The translations under genes and the position numbers were made by a program. The notes below the pieces were generated by a model, which did no database searches, was not told the origin of the DNA, and worked only from the letters and a program-made list of their open reading frames with translations. Shown piece after piece: positions 24,031-36,983 of a stretch of DNA of 64,000 nucleotides (its first letter is position 1; each line of letters opens with the position of its first letter). Where the stretch lies: positions 26,784,001 to 26,848,000 of the forward strand of contig NC_091980.1 in NCBI RefSeq assembly GCF_044704955.1. The letters are read 5' to 3'. The DNA is from Pristiophorus japonicus (Eukaryota).

Positions 24031-25214
24031 CAGGCCAGTTAGCATGATATCAGTCGTCGGGAAAATGCTAGAATCCATAGTTAAGGAAGTGGTATCAGGA
24101 CACCTAGATAATCATAACATGATTAGCCAGCGTCAACATGGTTTTATGAAAGGGAAATCGTGTTTGACAAATTTTTGGGAGTTTTTTGAGGATGTAACTA
24201 GCAGGTTACACAAAGGGGAATCATTCGATGTAGTATATTTGGATTTCCAAAAGGCATTCGATAAGGTACCACATCAAAGGTTATTACACAAGATAAGGGC
24301 TCATGGGATTGGAGGTAATGTATTAGCATGGATAGAGTATTGGTTAATGGACAGAAAACAGAGAGTAGGGATAAACAAGTCTTTTTCAGGTTGTCATTCT
24401 GTAACTAGTGGGGTGCCGCAAGGATCAGTGCTAGGGCCTCAGCTATTTACAATCTATATTAATGATCTAGATGAAGGGGCTGAGTGTAATGTAAACAGGC
24501 TTGCTAATGATACAAAGCTAGATGGGACAGTAAGCTGTGAGGAGGACACAAAGCATCTGCAAAGGGATATAGATAGACTAAGTGAATGGGCTGTAAGTTT
24601 GGCAGATGGAATATAATGCAGGGAAATGTGAGGGTATTCACTTTGGTAGGAAGAATAGAAAAACCAAATACTTTTTAAGTGTTGAGAAACTTTAAAATGT
24701 TGGTGTTCAGAGAGATTTGGGTGTTCTTGTGCAAGAAACACAGAAAGCTAACATGCAGGTACAGCAAGCAATAAGGAAGGCAAATGGTATGTTGCCCTTT
24801 ATTGCAAGGGGGTTGGAGTATAAGAGTAAGGACATCTTGCTACAATTGTACAGGGCCTTGATGAGACTACACCTGTGCACAGTTTTGGTCTCCTTATCAA
24901 AGGTAGGATATACTTGCCCTGAAGGTGGTACAACAGAGCTTCACCAGATTGATTCTTGGGATGAGTGGGCTGTCTTATGATGAGAGTTTGTGTAGGATAG
25001 GCCTGTACTCTCTGGTGTTTAGAAGAATGAGAGGTGATCTTATTGAAACATACAAGATTCTGAAGGGGATTGACAGGGTAGATGCTGAGAGGTTGTTTCC
25101 CCTGGCTGGAGTGTCTAGAACTAAAGGGCACAGTCTCAAGATAAGGGGGAGGCCATTTAAGACAGAGATGAGGAGGAATTTCTTCACTCAGAGGGTGGTG
25201 GAATCTTTGAAATT

Positions 25215-26400
25215 ATCTGCTCACAATACTCCAGGTGTGGTCAAACAGGGCTTTGTACAGCTGTAGCCTAACTTATGCCTTCTTGTATTCTAATCCTCTA
25301 GATATACAGGCTAGCGTTCCATTAGCCTTTTTTATTATTCTCTGTGCCAGTTCATGACATTTTAATGATCGATATACCCGAACCCCCAAGTCTGTTTGCC
25401 CATCCACTTCTTCTACCTTTTCACCATTTAGAAAGTACCTTGTTCTATCCTTTTTAGGTAGATACCTCATATGTGCTTACGTTAAAATCTATTTGCCACA
25501 GTCTGTCCATTCATGAATCTATTAATATCTCTTTGTAATTTTATGCTTCCATCTACATTGCTTACAATGCCACCTATCTTTTTGTCATCAGCAAACTTGG
25601 AAATGTAGCTTTCTATCCCACCATCTAAGTCGTTAATAAATATGGTTGAGGCCCCAACACAGATCTGTGCGGGACACCACTAGTCACATCCTGCCAATTA
25701 TCGTATCTGCTCATTATCCCTAAACTCTGTCTCCTGCCACTCAGCTAATTTCCTAACTAGGTTAAAAGTTTGCCTCCAATTCCATGCTCTTCAACTTTAG
25801 ATAACAGTATCTTCCTAGGGCCTTTATCAAATGCCTTCTGGAAGTCCATATATATATAACATCCATAGAAGTCCCCCTGTCCACTACTTTTGTCACTTCT
25901 TCAAAAGATTCAAGCAGGTTCATCAGGCATAAACTACCCATAATAAAATCTATGCTGGCTCTCTCTGATCAGCTGCAAATTTTTAAGTTGTTCAGTCACT
26001 CTATCCTTAATTATAGATTCTAGTAATTTCCCGACAACAGGTATTAGGCTAACTGCTCTATAATTCCCTGGTTTCCCTCTCTTACTCTTCTTAAATATGG
26101 GCAATTTTCCAATCTAAAGGAACAGTTACTAATCGAGAGAACTTCAGAAGATTATATTTAAGCCATCTGCAATGTTCTCACCTACTTCCTTTAAATCCCT
26201 GGGATGGAAACTATCTGGTCCTGGGGATTTGGCACTCCTTAGTACCATTATTGTCCTCATTAATCTGCTTACGTTAATTCTGGTTAGTCCCTGTCCCTGA
26301 TTCAATATTTGTTTCCTTGGAAAATCCGCCATGCTGTAAATACTGAAGCAAAGTCATTATTCCAGATGTCCGCCATTTCCTTATTTTCATTGACGCTATC
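25215..26400 (-). mobile_element. Old CR1 RT fragment
   Basis: KSPGPDSFHPRDLKE; IIKKANGTLACISRGLEYK; decayed FADD. Confidence 0.8.
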
Positions 26401-26783
26401 GCTGTAATTTTTACTGCTTTAACAAACAATTTTTCAAATATTGGTTTCAGGCAATTGGCAAGTTATTAATTTCCAAATGGAATATTTCTCATTGTAAATG
26501 AAATGAAAAATTATAAAACCTAAATATTGGGCTCCTGGTGTAAGCAATGTTCATTAATTTTCTGTTACTATCTCATTCATTGATAATCAGAAATTTCCCT
26601 GATTCCTTCCTCACTGGAACTTGCAAACATATGAAGTGGTTGAGGCGAATAGTACAGCTTCAGTTGAGGGGAAGCAAGATAAGTAGATGAGGGAGAAAGG
26701 AATAGAAGGATATGTCGACAGGCTGAGATGAAGTAGGGTGGGAGGAGGCTCGTGTAGCGCATAAACTGTGCTGTAAATTCGAT

Positions 26784-29700
26784 AGGCTAGAGCTTCCACT
26801 CTTTTTGCATGCTTAACGCCCACATAATGCCCATTTTACTGCTGAAATGACGTACAACACCCATATATCGCCCATTTTGGCACAAAATGGAAACTGACAA
26901 GCATTTTTAAGAAACTTCGCCAAGCGTTACTTTCCCCATGTGCTTACCGCCGGGGAAATATATTACCGCCCGTCCACTTTTTTGGGGCGGAATCATCAGA
27001 ATGGGCAAAATCAATGCCCATAATATCGACCAGCATTATTTTCCACAAGGAATTAACGTCGAGATTCAATAATACCGCCCACCCACTTTTCTTTGTCGTA
27101 AAGAGCACATTTGACGAAACTAACGCCCAGGAGATCGCCCACTGTCACTTTCACCAGCTTGCACACATATCGCCCACAATATCGCTCGCCTAAAAAACTG
27201 CCCACAAAAAGTGGAACTGTTCTGAACGAATGCCAGCAGTGTGGCTGCCATTTTTTTAAATCGCAGGTCGCTTCATTCAAAAGGCTACTTCAACTTTGGG
27301 GGAGTTTGCATTGACTCTGGAGTTCTTCTCAGGTGAAGTGAACATCTCAACAGACATATTTTCAGACTCTGGACTACTGGGGTTTGCTCTAGGCGTATTT
27401 TAGTGAGAAAATCATTGCTTCTAATCAATCGCTATTATACTTTCATTGCAATGGAGCCAGCCATTTCTCAGCCTGCATCGATTAATACACAGATGCTGCA
27501 GAGTGCAGATGGCTCAATGTGTGATGCACATCATTATGTCCCCAATTTAAGATGTGCAAGAATGGGGAGGAGGGCCAGACCATATACACCCTGCAGGTAC
27601 AAGGAAAAGAGGTCTTACCTCGACGTCTTCGACCACACCTGCCTTCGGAGACTGTGCTTCCACAAGGTGGTGATCAATGAAATATGTGAGCACATCAGGC
27701 CACATATGCAGCATGCCATCAGGACATCAGTGTCGGTCAAGGTCAAGGTCACCGCGGCACTGTCTTTCTACACATCCTGTTCCTTTCGGGCCTCCGCGGT
27801 CGAGGTTTGCCCTCTCTCTCACCATGCAACCCATCGTTGCATCAGACAGGTCACGGAGGCGAGAAGAATGGACTTTATCTGCTTCCCCATGACCACGGAG
27901 GATCAGACTGACAAGGCTTGAGCATTCTACCACATTTCTAAGTTCCCCAGAGTACAGGGAGCTATACAGTACACTCACATCGCCATGCGGCCACCTTCTC
28001 AGGACTCGGAGTGTTTTCGTAACAGAGAAGGATTTCACTCTCCGCTCTCGTGGCGCTCGTGGAACAGACCTGCTGCGTCCACGAGGCCTCCGCTGAGTAG
28101 GCGCCGTCCTGGGGACAAATAGGGTGCCCTGTGGCGAGGTGCTTGGGGCCGGAATCTCCAGAGTGGAGGCAGGAATGACTGGAGAACCACTAGATGGTCT
28201 TGGGGTAGAATGGCTTCTGGATCATGGCGATGCAGGTTCCTCGAAGTCCACGTTCTCATCCATGGAGAACAGATCCAGCGGATTGACGGGCGAGAATCTG
28301 AGCTCCTCAGCAGCAGATGTAGGATTGTCCGGAGAGTCGGGCCCCGCGCTCCCCACCTTCTGGCCTCTGTGGTCTTGCCTGGGTCCACGCTGCTGGCTGA
28401 GCTTCAAAACACAAATAAGGTTATGAGAGGAGAAGTGGGTGCTAGGGTCACAAGGTTAGTCCAGTGCTACACACAGCATATGCATGAGAAAAGCACCACC
28501 GCTCTCAAAATCATCACAGACATCACATTTCATAATCATCAACACATTTGCATTGCAATGATTTTCATTAGACCAGCATTATTTATAGGACAACTTTAGA
28601 AATCATCAAATGTATATGATTGTTCGGATATGAGTAGGTGTGGCATCTATTGACTTTACATCACGCAATGGTGTAAGCTTTACTCACGTGGCATCACTTC
28701 AGGGTCTGCAGATGCTTCTGTGACTGTCCGGGGGTGCTTCCCCACAAGTGCGAGCACCTGCTCCTCCATTTCAGTGATGTTGCTGGGGGTGGCCCGCCAG
28801 CTGTTCGCCTCTGCATGGACCTCATCATCGATAGCTTCTTCTGTAAAAGGTGACAGGACGACATGGCATGAGATCATTGCTTGATATCATTGCTAGGTAT
28901 TGTCATAGAGACTGATACAACACATAACCGACAGATGTAATCATGATTATTATGAAAATTATCATTCTTTACCTAAAGATGTGTACCGTGACTGAAGGCT
29001 TTGAGTAAAACATTTCCAGTAAAAGTGAAAGAAACATAGAAACATAGAAAATAGGTGTAGGAGTAGGCCATTCGGCCCATCGAGCCTGCACCACCATTCA
29101 ATATGATAATGGCAAGTTCAGTACCCCATTCCTGCTTTCTCGCCATACCCCTTGATCCCTTTAGCCATAAGGGCCACATCTAACTCCCTTTTGAATATAT
29201 CTAACGAACTGGCATCAACAACTTTCTGTGGTAGAGAATTCCACAGGTTCACAATTCTCTGAGTGAAGCAATTTCTCCTCATCTCGGTCCTAAATGGCTT
29301 ATCCCTTACTTTTAGACTGTGACCCCTGGTTCTGGACTTCCCCAACAACGGGAACATTCTTCCTGCATCTAGCCTGTCCAACCCCGTCAGAATTTTATAT
29401 GTTTCCATGAGATCCCCTCTCATTCTTCTAAATTCCAGTGAAAATAAGCCTAGTCGAACCAGTCTTTCTTCATATGTCAGTCCTTCCATCCAAGGAATCA
29501 GTCTGGTGAACCGTCGCTGCACTCCTTCAATAGCAAGAATGTCCTTCCTCGGCCTTCAATCCCATCAATTTCCCTACCACAATTTCCTAACTAATAAGGA
29601 TTTCCTTCAGGTCCTCCTTCTCGTTAGACCCTCGGTCCCCTAGTATTTCCAGAAGGTAAATTGTGTCTTCCTTAGTGAAGACAGAACCAAAGTATTTGTT

Positions 29701-31542
29701 CAGTTGGTCTGCCATTTCTTTGTTCCCCATTATACATTCATCTGATTCTGACTGCAAGGAACCTACATTTGCCTTCACTAATCTTTTTCTCTTCACATAT
29801 CTATAGAAGCTTTTGCTGTTAGTTTTTATGTTCCCTTCAAGCTTACTCTCATACTCTATTTTCCCCCTCCTAATTAAACCCTTTGTCCTCCTCTGCTGAA
29901 TTCTAAATTTCTTGCAGTCCTCAGGTTTATTGCTTTTTCTGGCCAATTTATATGCCTCTTCCTTGGACTTAATATTATCCCTCGAAGGATGAGAGGGGAT
30001 CTCATAGAAACATATAAAATTCTGACGGGACTGGACAGGTTAGAAGCAAGATCAATGTTCCTGATGTTGGGGAAGTCCAGAACCAGGGGACCACAGTCAA
30101 AGGATAAGGGGTAAGCCATTTAGGACCGAGATGAGGAGAAACTTCTTCACTCAGAGAGTTGCTAACTTGAGGAGTTCTCTACCACAGAGAGTGGTTGATG
30201 CCAGTTCGTTGGATATATTCAAGAGGGTGTTAGATATGGCCTTTATGGCTAAAGGGATCAAGGAGTATGGAGAGAAAGCAGGAAAGGAGTACTGAGATGA
30301 TGATCAGCCATGATCTTTTTGAATGGTGGTGCAGGCTCGAAGGACCGAATGGCCTACTCCTGCACCTATTTTCTATGTTTTTATGTCTATGCTGTACCTT
30401 TATTGCACGCATCCCTAATTTCCTGTTTGATGCCATCCCCAACCTCACTACCACTGTTTGATGGTCTGTACACAACTCCCACTGGCGTTTTCTGCCCTTT
30501 GGTGTTCTGCAGCTCTACCCATACAGATTCCACATCATCCAAGCTAATGTCCTTCCTTACTATTGCGTTAATCTCCTCTGTAACCATCAACGCTACCCCA
30601 CCTCCTTTTCCTTTCTGTCTATCCTTCCTGAATATTGAATACCCCTGGATGTTGAGTTCCCAGCCTTGGTCACCCTGGAGCCATGTCTCCATAATCCCAA
30701 TTACATCATGTCCGTTAACAGCTATCTGCGCAGCTAATTCATCCACCTTATTACGAATGCTCTTCAATTACATGTAAATCAATGTAATACTTACTCTTGC
30801 GGATCACACAAGGTCGTTCCATCGTTTGCGGCATTGGTTGCCCTCACGAACCTCGATGGTCGCCGACAAGACCACCTCTGTTATTTCGGTCCATTTTTTC
30901 TGGTAGGTCTTTGGGGTGGGCTTCCCACGCCCTTCCTGTGTCAAATCACCCCAGCGTAACTCAACCTCCTGCAGGAGGGAGGCATTTTCCTCATCTGAGA
31001 GCCTCCTCGCTCTTTTGTGCCCTCCAATGTGCTCCTCTCCCACCTCACTACTCTCTCCAGCATCAGTCTCCACAGCGTGATGTGATGCCTCCTCATCTCC
31101 CACCATTATAGGCCAGATTCGGGCAAATATATGGCTGGTAACAGCTAATTTTTGTTTCCCTATTTGCTGTAAAACTCTAAACTCTCCCTCCTTGCTCCCA
31201 AACCAGCCACACCGCACCCAGACACGCCTTCAGTCCCTCTGAGCAACCTCTCTCACTGTCTCCTCTTCTGCGCATGTCATGATGACCCTTGACCTCCTGA
31301 ATCGTGGGAATCGAACGTTGCCTAGCCATTGCTAAGGATGGCGACACTTTATGGCAGAAGGTCAGCGAAATGTAATGCTACGCCCATTTCATATCGCTCG
31401 CAGTAATGCCCATTTTCAAAAATGGAGACTAGGTGCTTTGAGAATGGGCGAGAAGCCAGCGATCTGAAAACCCTTTTTTACCGCCCATGCTGGAAATTAC
31501 GCACATTTTGGGCGATAAGCACAAAAGTGGAAAATCTAGCCC
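26784..31542. mobile_element. Harbinger transposon with both TIRs: truncated transposase (+, 27451-28043) and spliced Myb/SANT gene (-, exons ~31109-30796, ~28842-28688, ~28400-28045)
   Basis: TIRs aggctagagcttccact / agtggaaaatctagccc. HARBI1-like N-terminus (CLRRLCFHK..VKVTAALSFY..FRNREGFHS). Myb/SANT motif RLSDEENASLLQEV..W..W..QCRKRWNDLV with gtaagt and gtgagt donors. Confidence 0.85.
29032..30765. mobile_element. Nested CR1 fragments within the Harbinger intron (- 29032-29985, + 29985-30388, - 30389-30765)
   Basis: CR1 C-terminal, linker and EN peptides in ORFs 29118-29522(-), 29587-29946(-) and 30387-30767(-); tails ctatgttt. Confidence 0.85.
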
Positions 31543-31549
31543 TATGTAA

Positions 31550-31930
31550 TTCAATGTAAACATACTGAACAATACAGATTACCTCACATCCTTAAGTTAA
31601 GTTTGAACTTTCCACTCGTTACCACATTTCTGTGCCTCTCGCCGCAACAGTTCCCATTTTACATCTTGCTTCACCCAGAAGCACACAGCTTTGAAACCAC
31701 TCCTTCCTCGAACACAAACCTGACTTTTCTTTTGAAACGACTGAGATTTGACTATGAGTAAATCAGGTGAACCAAACCTGCCACAGAGGAAGTGGTTTAC
31801 AGAGCGACAAATTCATTTCTGGGCCCCAACACTACTGCAGCTTTCTATCACCACCTGGCCACAGCAACAAGAATAACAGCACACGTTAAAAATACCTTCC
31901 TTCGTTAAACAATCACGAAGCTGGCTGCAC
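31550..31930. promoter_or_regulatory. Unique-looking island with ETS/PU.1 and RUNX-like motifs and a minus-strand splice donor; possible non-coding first exon or enhancer
   Basis: GAGGAAGTGG near 31786, ACCAC/ACCACA motifs near 31621 and 31696, and GAG|gtaat on - near 31583. Confidence 0.3.
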
Positions 31931-33525
31931 CATAGAATCATCGAAATATACGACAGAAAAGGAGGCCATTCAGCCCATCATGTCCGTGCCGGCCAATGAA
32001 GAGCCATCCAGCCAAATCCCACTTGTAATCCCACTAAAGGCTCTTGTTCTGTAGGCTTGTAGGTTACATTACTTCAGCTGTATATCCAAGTACTTTTTAC
32101 ATGTGATAAGGGATTCTGCCTCGATCACCCTTTCAGGCAGTGAATTCCCACCACCCTCTGGGTGAAATAAATTCTCCTCAACTCCTCTCTAAATCTTCTA
32201 TCAATTACTTTAAATCTATGCCCCCTGCTAATTGATCTCTCAGCTAAGGAAAATAGGTCCTTCCTATCCATTCTATCTAGGCCCCTCATCATTTTGTACA
32301 CAATTAAATCTCGCCAGACTCCTATCTAACCTATCCTCATAACTAAAAATCTCCTGTCCTGGCAACATTCTCATAAATCTCGTCTGTACCCTTTCTAATG
32401 CAATCACATCTTTCTTGTAATTTGGTGATCAGAACTGTACGCAGTACTCTAGCTGTGGCCTAACTAGTATGTTATTCAGTTGTAGCATAATTTCCCTGCT
32501 CTTATATTTTATGCCTCAGCTAATAAAGGAAAGTATCCCATATGCCTTCTTAACCACCTTATCTACCTGACCTGCTACCTTCATGGATCTGTGGACATGC
32601 AATCCAAGGTCCCTCTGTTAGGAAGGCAAATGGTATGTTGTCCTTCATTGCAAGAGGATTTGAGTACAGGAGCAAGGATGTCTTACTACAGTTATACAGG
32701 GCCTTGGTGAGACCACACCTGGAGTATTGTGTGCAGTTTTGGTCTCTTTACCTAAGAAAGGATATACTTGCCTTAGAGGAGTGCAGCGAAGGTTCACCAG
32801 ACTGATTTCTGGGATGGCAGGACTGTCTTATGAGGAGAGATTGGGTCGACTAGGCCTGTATTCACTAGAGTTTAAAAGAATGAGAAGGGATCTTATTGAA
32901 ACGTATAAAATTCTGACGGGGTTGGACATACTGGATACGGGGAGGATGTTTCCCCTGGCTGGGAAGTCTAGAAGAAGGGGTCACAGTCTCATGATACGGG
33001 GTAGGAAATTTAGGACTGAGATGAGGAGAAATGTCTTCACTCAGCGGGTGGTGAACCTGTGGAATTGTCTACCACAGAAGGCTGTGGAGGCCAAGTCACT
33101 GAATTTAATTAAAAAGGAGATAGATAGATTTCTAGACACAAAAGACATCAAGGGGTATGGGGAGAAAGCGGGAATATGTTGCGATAGAGGATCAGCCCTG
33201 ATCATATTGAATGGTGGTGCAGACTCAAAGGGCCAAATGGCCTATTACTGCTCCTATTTTCTATGTTTCTATGTTTCCTCTACACTTCTCAGTAGGCTAC
33301 CGTTTATTATGTATTCCCTTGCCTTGTTACCCTTCCCCAAATGCATTATCTCACACTTCTATAGATTGAATTCCATTTGCCACTTTTCTGCTCACCTGAC
33401 CAGTCCATTGATATCTTCCTGCAGTCTGCAGCTATCTTCCTTAGTATCAACCACAGGGCTAATTTTTGTATCATCTGCACACTTCTTAATCATGCACCTA
33501 CATCAAAGTCTAAATCATTTCTGTA
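31930..33525. mobile_element. CR1 3' fragment (-) interrupted by a CR1 3' fragment (+, 32619-33275)
   Basis: ORF 32727-33590 gives CR1 C-terminal peptide; the minus copy resumes at 33276. Confidence 0.8.
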
Positions 33526-33779
33526 TGTTATTGTGCAATGGTCAGACAGAAACTGTCAGTGATATAAAGGAACTGTGTGTAGTTTCATAGCTTTAAAATA
33601 ACCACTGCACCAAATAAGGACCTAGAAGCATTACGTCAGAAGCCATCTGCCATCCCAGGATGTACAACTCCCCTCAAACACAGATTAGCTGCGTTGACAC
33701 TGACACTCGGACCGCTCCCATGTCGTCTTGTGTCTGATGCAGTAGAACGTGAAAGCTAATCACCTACAATCCTGTTCAA

Positions 33780-33900
33780 CTCAACACTTCCAGGTTTACA
33801 TCAGTGTGCTGAAGGAGATCAAACTGACTGCTCATCTAACAGGATTCAACCTGCAACCCAGAAGGATTCTTCAGTAACTAGAACGTGGTTTCATCCTCAG
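33780..33900 (+). promoter_or_regulatory. Possible non-coding first exon/promoter of the Siglec-like gene
   Basis: Non-repeat-looking stretch with an ETS core CACTTCC (33784), ending in a CAG|gtaaaa donor at 33900/33901. An acceptor exists upstream of the ATG at 35653. Confidence 0.35.
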
Positions 33901-33904
33901 GTAA

Positions 33905-35420
33905 AATCCTTGTGCATTTCACGACCTCAGGACAACCCAGACACTTTGAAGTTAAGTCCTTTTGTTTGAAGTGCAGTCACTGCTGTAATGTTGGGAAATG
34001 CAAAGCCAATTTTCACACAGCAAGGTCCCACAAATAACATTATGGTAATTAAAAGATAATCTATTTTTTAACGATGTGGGTTGAGCAATAACAGGTCCCA
34101 GAGAGAACTCCCATGCTCTTCTTTGCAATAGTGGCCATGGGATCTTTTAGATCCACCTTAAAGCGCCTCGGTTTAATGTCTCATCTGAAAGACAGCACCT
34201 TTGTGCTTCCCTCAGACAGTGCAGCGCTCTCTCAGAACTGCCCTACCGACAATGCAGTGCTCACTCAGTACTGCCCCTCCGACAGTGCAGCACTGCCTCG
34301 GTGCTGCTCCTCCGACAGTGTAGCACTCCCTCAGTACTGACCCTTGGACAGTGCAGCACTCCCTAGTACTGACCCTCTGACAGTGCAGCACTCCCTCAGT
34401 ACTGACCCTTGGACAGTGCAGCGCTCCCTCAGTACTGACCCTTGGACAGTGCAGCACTCCCTCAGTACTGACCCTCTGACAGTGCAGCACTCCCTCAATA
34501 CTGACCCTTGGACAGTGCAGCACTCCCTCAGTACTGACCCTCTGACAGTGCGGCATTCCCTCAGTACTGACCCTCTGACAGTGCAGCACTCCCTCAGTAC
34601 TGACCCTCCGACAGTGCAGCATTCCCTCAGTACTGACCCTTGGACAGTGTAGCACTCCCTCAGTACTGACCCTCCGACAGTGCTGCGCTCCCTCAGTACT
34701 GACCCTCCGACAGTGCAGCACTCCCTCAGTACTACCCTACCAACAGTGCAGCACTCCCTCACTACAGCCCCAACGACAATGCAGCACTGCCTCAGTACTG
34801 CCCCTCCAAGAGTGCAGCACTCTCTCCGTACTGCCCTACCGACAATGCAGCACTCCCTCAGTGCTGCTCCTCCGACAGTGTGGCACTCCCTCAGTGATGC
34901 TCCTCTGACAGTGCAGCACTCTCTCAGTACTGACCCTCCGACAGTGCAGCACTCTCTCAGTACTGCTCCTCCAACAGTGCAGCACTCCCTCAGTACTGAC
35001 CCTCCGACAGTGCAGCACTCCCTCAGTACTGACCCTCCGACAGTGCAGCATTCCCTCAGTGCTGACCCTCCGACAGTGCAGCACTCTCTCAGTACTGACC
35101 CTCTGACAGTGCAGCACTCCCTCAGTACTGACTCTCCGACAGTGCAGCATTCCCTCAGTGCTGACCCTCCGACAGTGCAGCACTCTCTCAGTACTGACCC
35201 TCTGATAGTGCAGCACTCCCTCAGTACTGACTCTCCGACAGTGCAGCATTCCCTCAGTGCTGACCCTCCGACAGTGCAGCACTCCCTCAGTGCTGGTGCC
35301 GAGGAGTGTCAAGCTAGATTATGAGCTCAGGTCCCTGGAGTGGTAACGCAAACCCTCAACCATCTGACTCGGAGGCAAGAGAGAGATAGAGAGAGAGTGC
35401 TAACCCCACTGAGCCATGGC
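33905..35420 (-). mobile_element. Deu-domain tRNA-derived SINE (SacSINE1-like) with an internal minisatellite expansion
   Basis: Deu core on - (gatgagacattaaaccgagg...aaaagatcccatggccac); tRNA-like head near 35330-35420. Confidence 0.7.
34213..35295. repeat. 33-bp minisatellite, roughly 33 copies (ccctccgacagtgcagcactccctcagtactga)
   Basis: Direct tandem units; they produce spurious 11-aa repeat ORFs (STDPPTVQHSL). Confidence 0.95.
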
Positions 35421-35670
35421 TGAGAATATCCCACACCCAGCGAAGGAGATGACGGGCAGACTGATAGTTATCTGTTTGGCCATGGTTTTGACCATGCCTT
35501 CCCAATCTCTCCTTCCTTGGCTTGATGTTGGCGAAGCACCTTAGGCTGTTATTTCTACCTGAAAGATGCAATCTAAATGCAAGATATTGTTGGTTGAGGA
35601 AGGAAGGCTGGCTCAAACTTGTTAAAAATACTCCCTATTTATGTTTTTACAGTTAGGAGAGGATCTGAAG

Positions 35671-35716
35671 ATGGATGTACTCAGACTGATGCTGATCCTT
35701 CTCAGCTTGCTACCAG
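35671..35716 (+). CDS. Signal-peptide exon of the MAG/Siglec-like gene (exon 35653-35716)
   Basis: tttttacag acceptor, aagATGG Kozak context, MDVLRLMLILLSLLP, then CCAG|gtacaa phase-1 donor. Joins in frame to 45398 (G-ALSEEW). Confidence 0.8.
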
Positions 35717-35845
35717 GTACAATTTATTTTCTGAGCTGATTTTAAGAAATTGGATTCATTATTGCCCATGGATTTAGAGAGGAACCATTGAACAAAACAG
35801 AACAGATTTGGCCTTTAATTGTAGAGTGAGCAGGTATAGAATCAT

Positions 35846-35920
35846 AGAATGAGTGAGTGTGTGTGTGAGTGCATGTATGACTGTGTGTATATAAATGTAT
35901 GTGTATAAGAGTGTGTGTGA
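35846..35920. repeat. Degenerate (GT)n microsatellite
   Basis: gagtgagtgtgtgtgtgag...gtgtgtgtgag. Confidence 0.7.
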
Positions 35921-36224
35921 GCAACTGCTTAATGTGGGAAAACATAGTTGGTGTTAAATCATAAAGTGACCGGATATCTTACAGTGCAGAATGAGGCCAT
36001 TTGGCCCACTGTGCCTGTGCCACCCAGTGAGCAATAAGGGAACCTTCACTATAGAATTGCAATCATTCTTGCCAAGCTGTTAACTGAAAAAGTTGTAGTT
36101 AGGTTTACGCTAACTAATCAATGTAATAATAATAACTTTTATTTATATAGCAATATAATTGTAATGATATTTGCACAACAGGTATGTTATAATGCAGTGT
36201 TGCATTTATTTTTTGATTTATGTC

Positions 36225-36735
36225 ATGTTGAGGAAGGACATTCTTGTTATTGAGGGAATGCAGCGAAGGTTCACCAGACTGATTCCCGGGATGGCGGGAC
36301 TGACATATCAAGAAAGACTGGATCAACTGGGCTTGTATTCACTGGAGTTCAGAAGAATGAGAGGGGATCTCATAGAAACATTTAAAATTCTGACGGGTTT
36401 AGACAGGTTAGATGCAGGAAGAATGTTCCCAATGTTAGGGAAGTCCAGAACCAGGGGTCACAGTCTAAGGATAAGAGGTAAGCCATTTAGGACTGAGATG
36501 AGGAGAAACTTCTTCACCCAGAGAGTGGTGAATCTGTGGAATTCTCTACCACAGAAAGTTGTTGAGGCCATTCACTAAATATATTCAAAAAGGAGTTAGA
36601 TGTAGTCCTTACTACTAGGGGGATCAAGGGGTTTGGTGAGAAAGCAGGAATGAGGTACTGAAGTTGAATGGCAGTGCAGGCTCGAAGGGCCAAATGGCCT
36701 ACTCCTGCACCTATTTTATATATATGTTTCTATAT
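36225..36735 (+). mobile_element. CR1 3' fragment (same family as 54362-58785)
   Basis: LRKDILVIEGMQRRFTRLIPGMAGLTYQERLDQLGLYSLE... Confidence 0.85.
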
Positions 36736-36983
36736 GAAAGAGCTATCCAATTAATCCCACGATCCCAGCAGCCCGCACCCCCAACCCGCTTCACCATGCT
36801 CTTTCCCTATAGCCCTGCAAATGCACTTTCCTTTTTGAAAGTTATTATTGACTCTGCTTCCACTGTTCCATCAAGCAGTGCATTCCAGATTACAACAACT
36901 CGCTGTCTACAAAATGTTTCCTCATCACCCCGTTTGGTGCTTTTGCCAATAATCTTAAATCTGTGTCCTCTGGTTACTGCTGT

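Larger units (their letters stand above)
22113..25205 (+). mobile_element. CR1 ORF2 (EN-RT), decayed; hosts RTE and Penelope-type insertions
   Basis: VYRPP, MGDFN, LDLVLCNE, QHGFMKGKSCLTN, GVPQGSVLGP, LANDTKL, RMRGDLIETYKI. Confidence 0.9.

Noticed and set aside
34212-35324. Long repetitive ORFs (STDPPTVQHSL / VLHCRRVSTEG) and CRISPR-like periodicity
   Set aside because: A 33-bp tandem minisatellite with no unique spacers; the ORFs are artefacts of a unit length divisible by 3.
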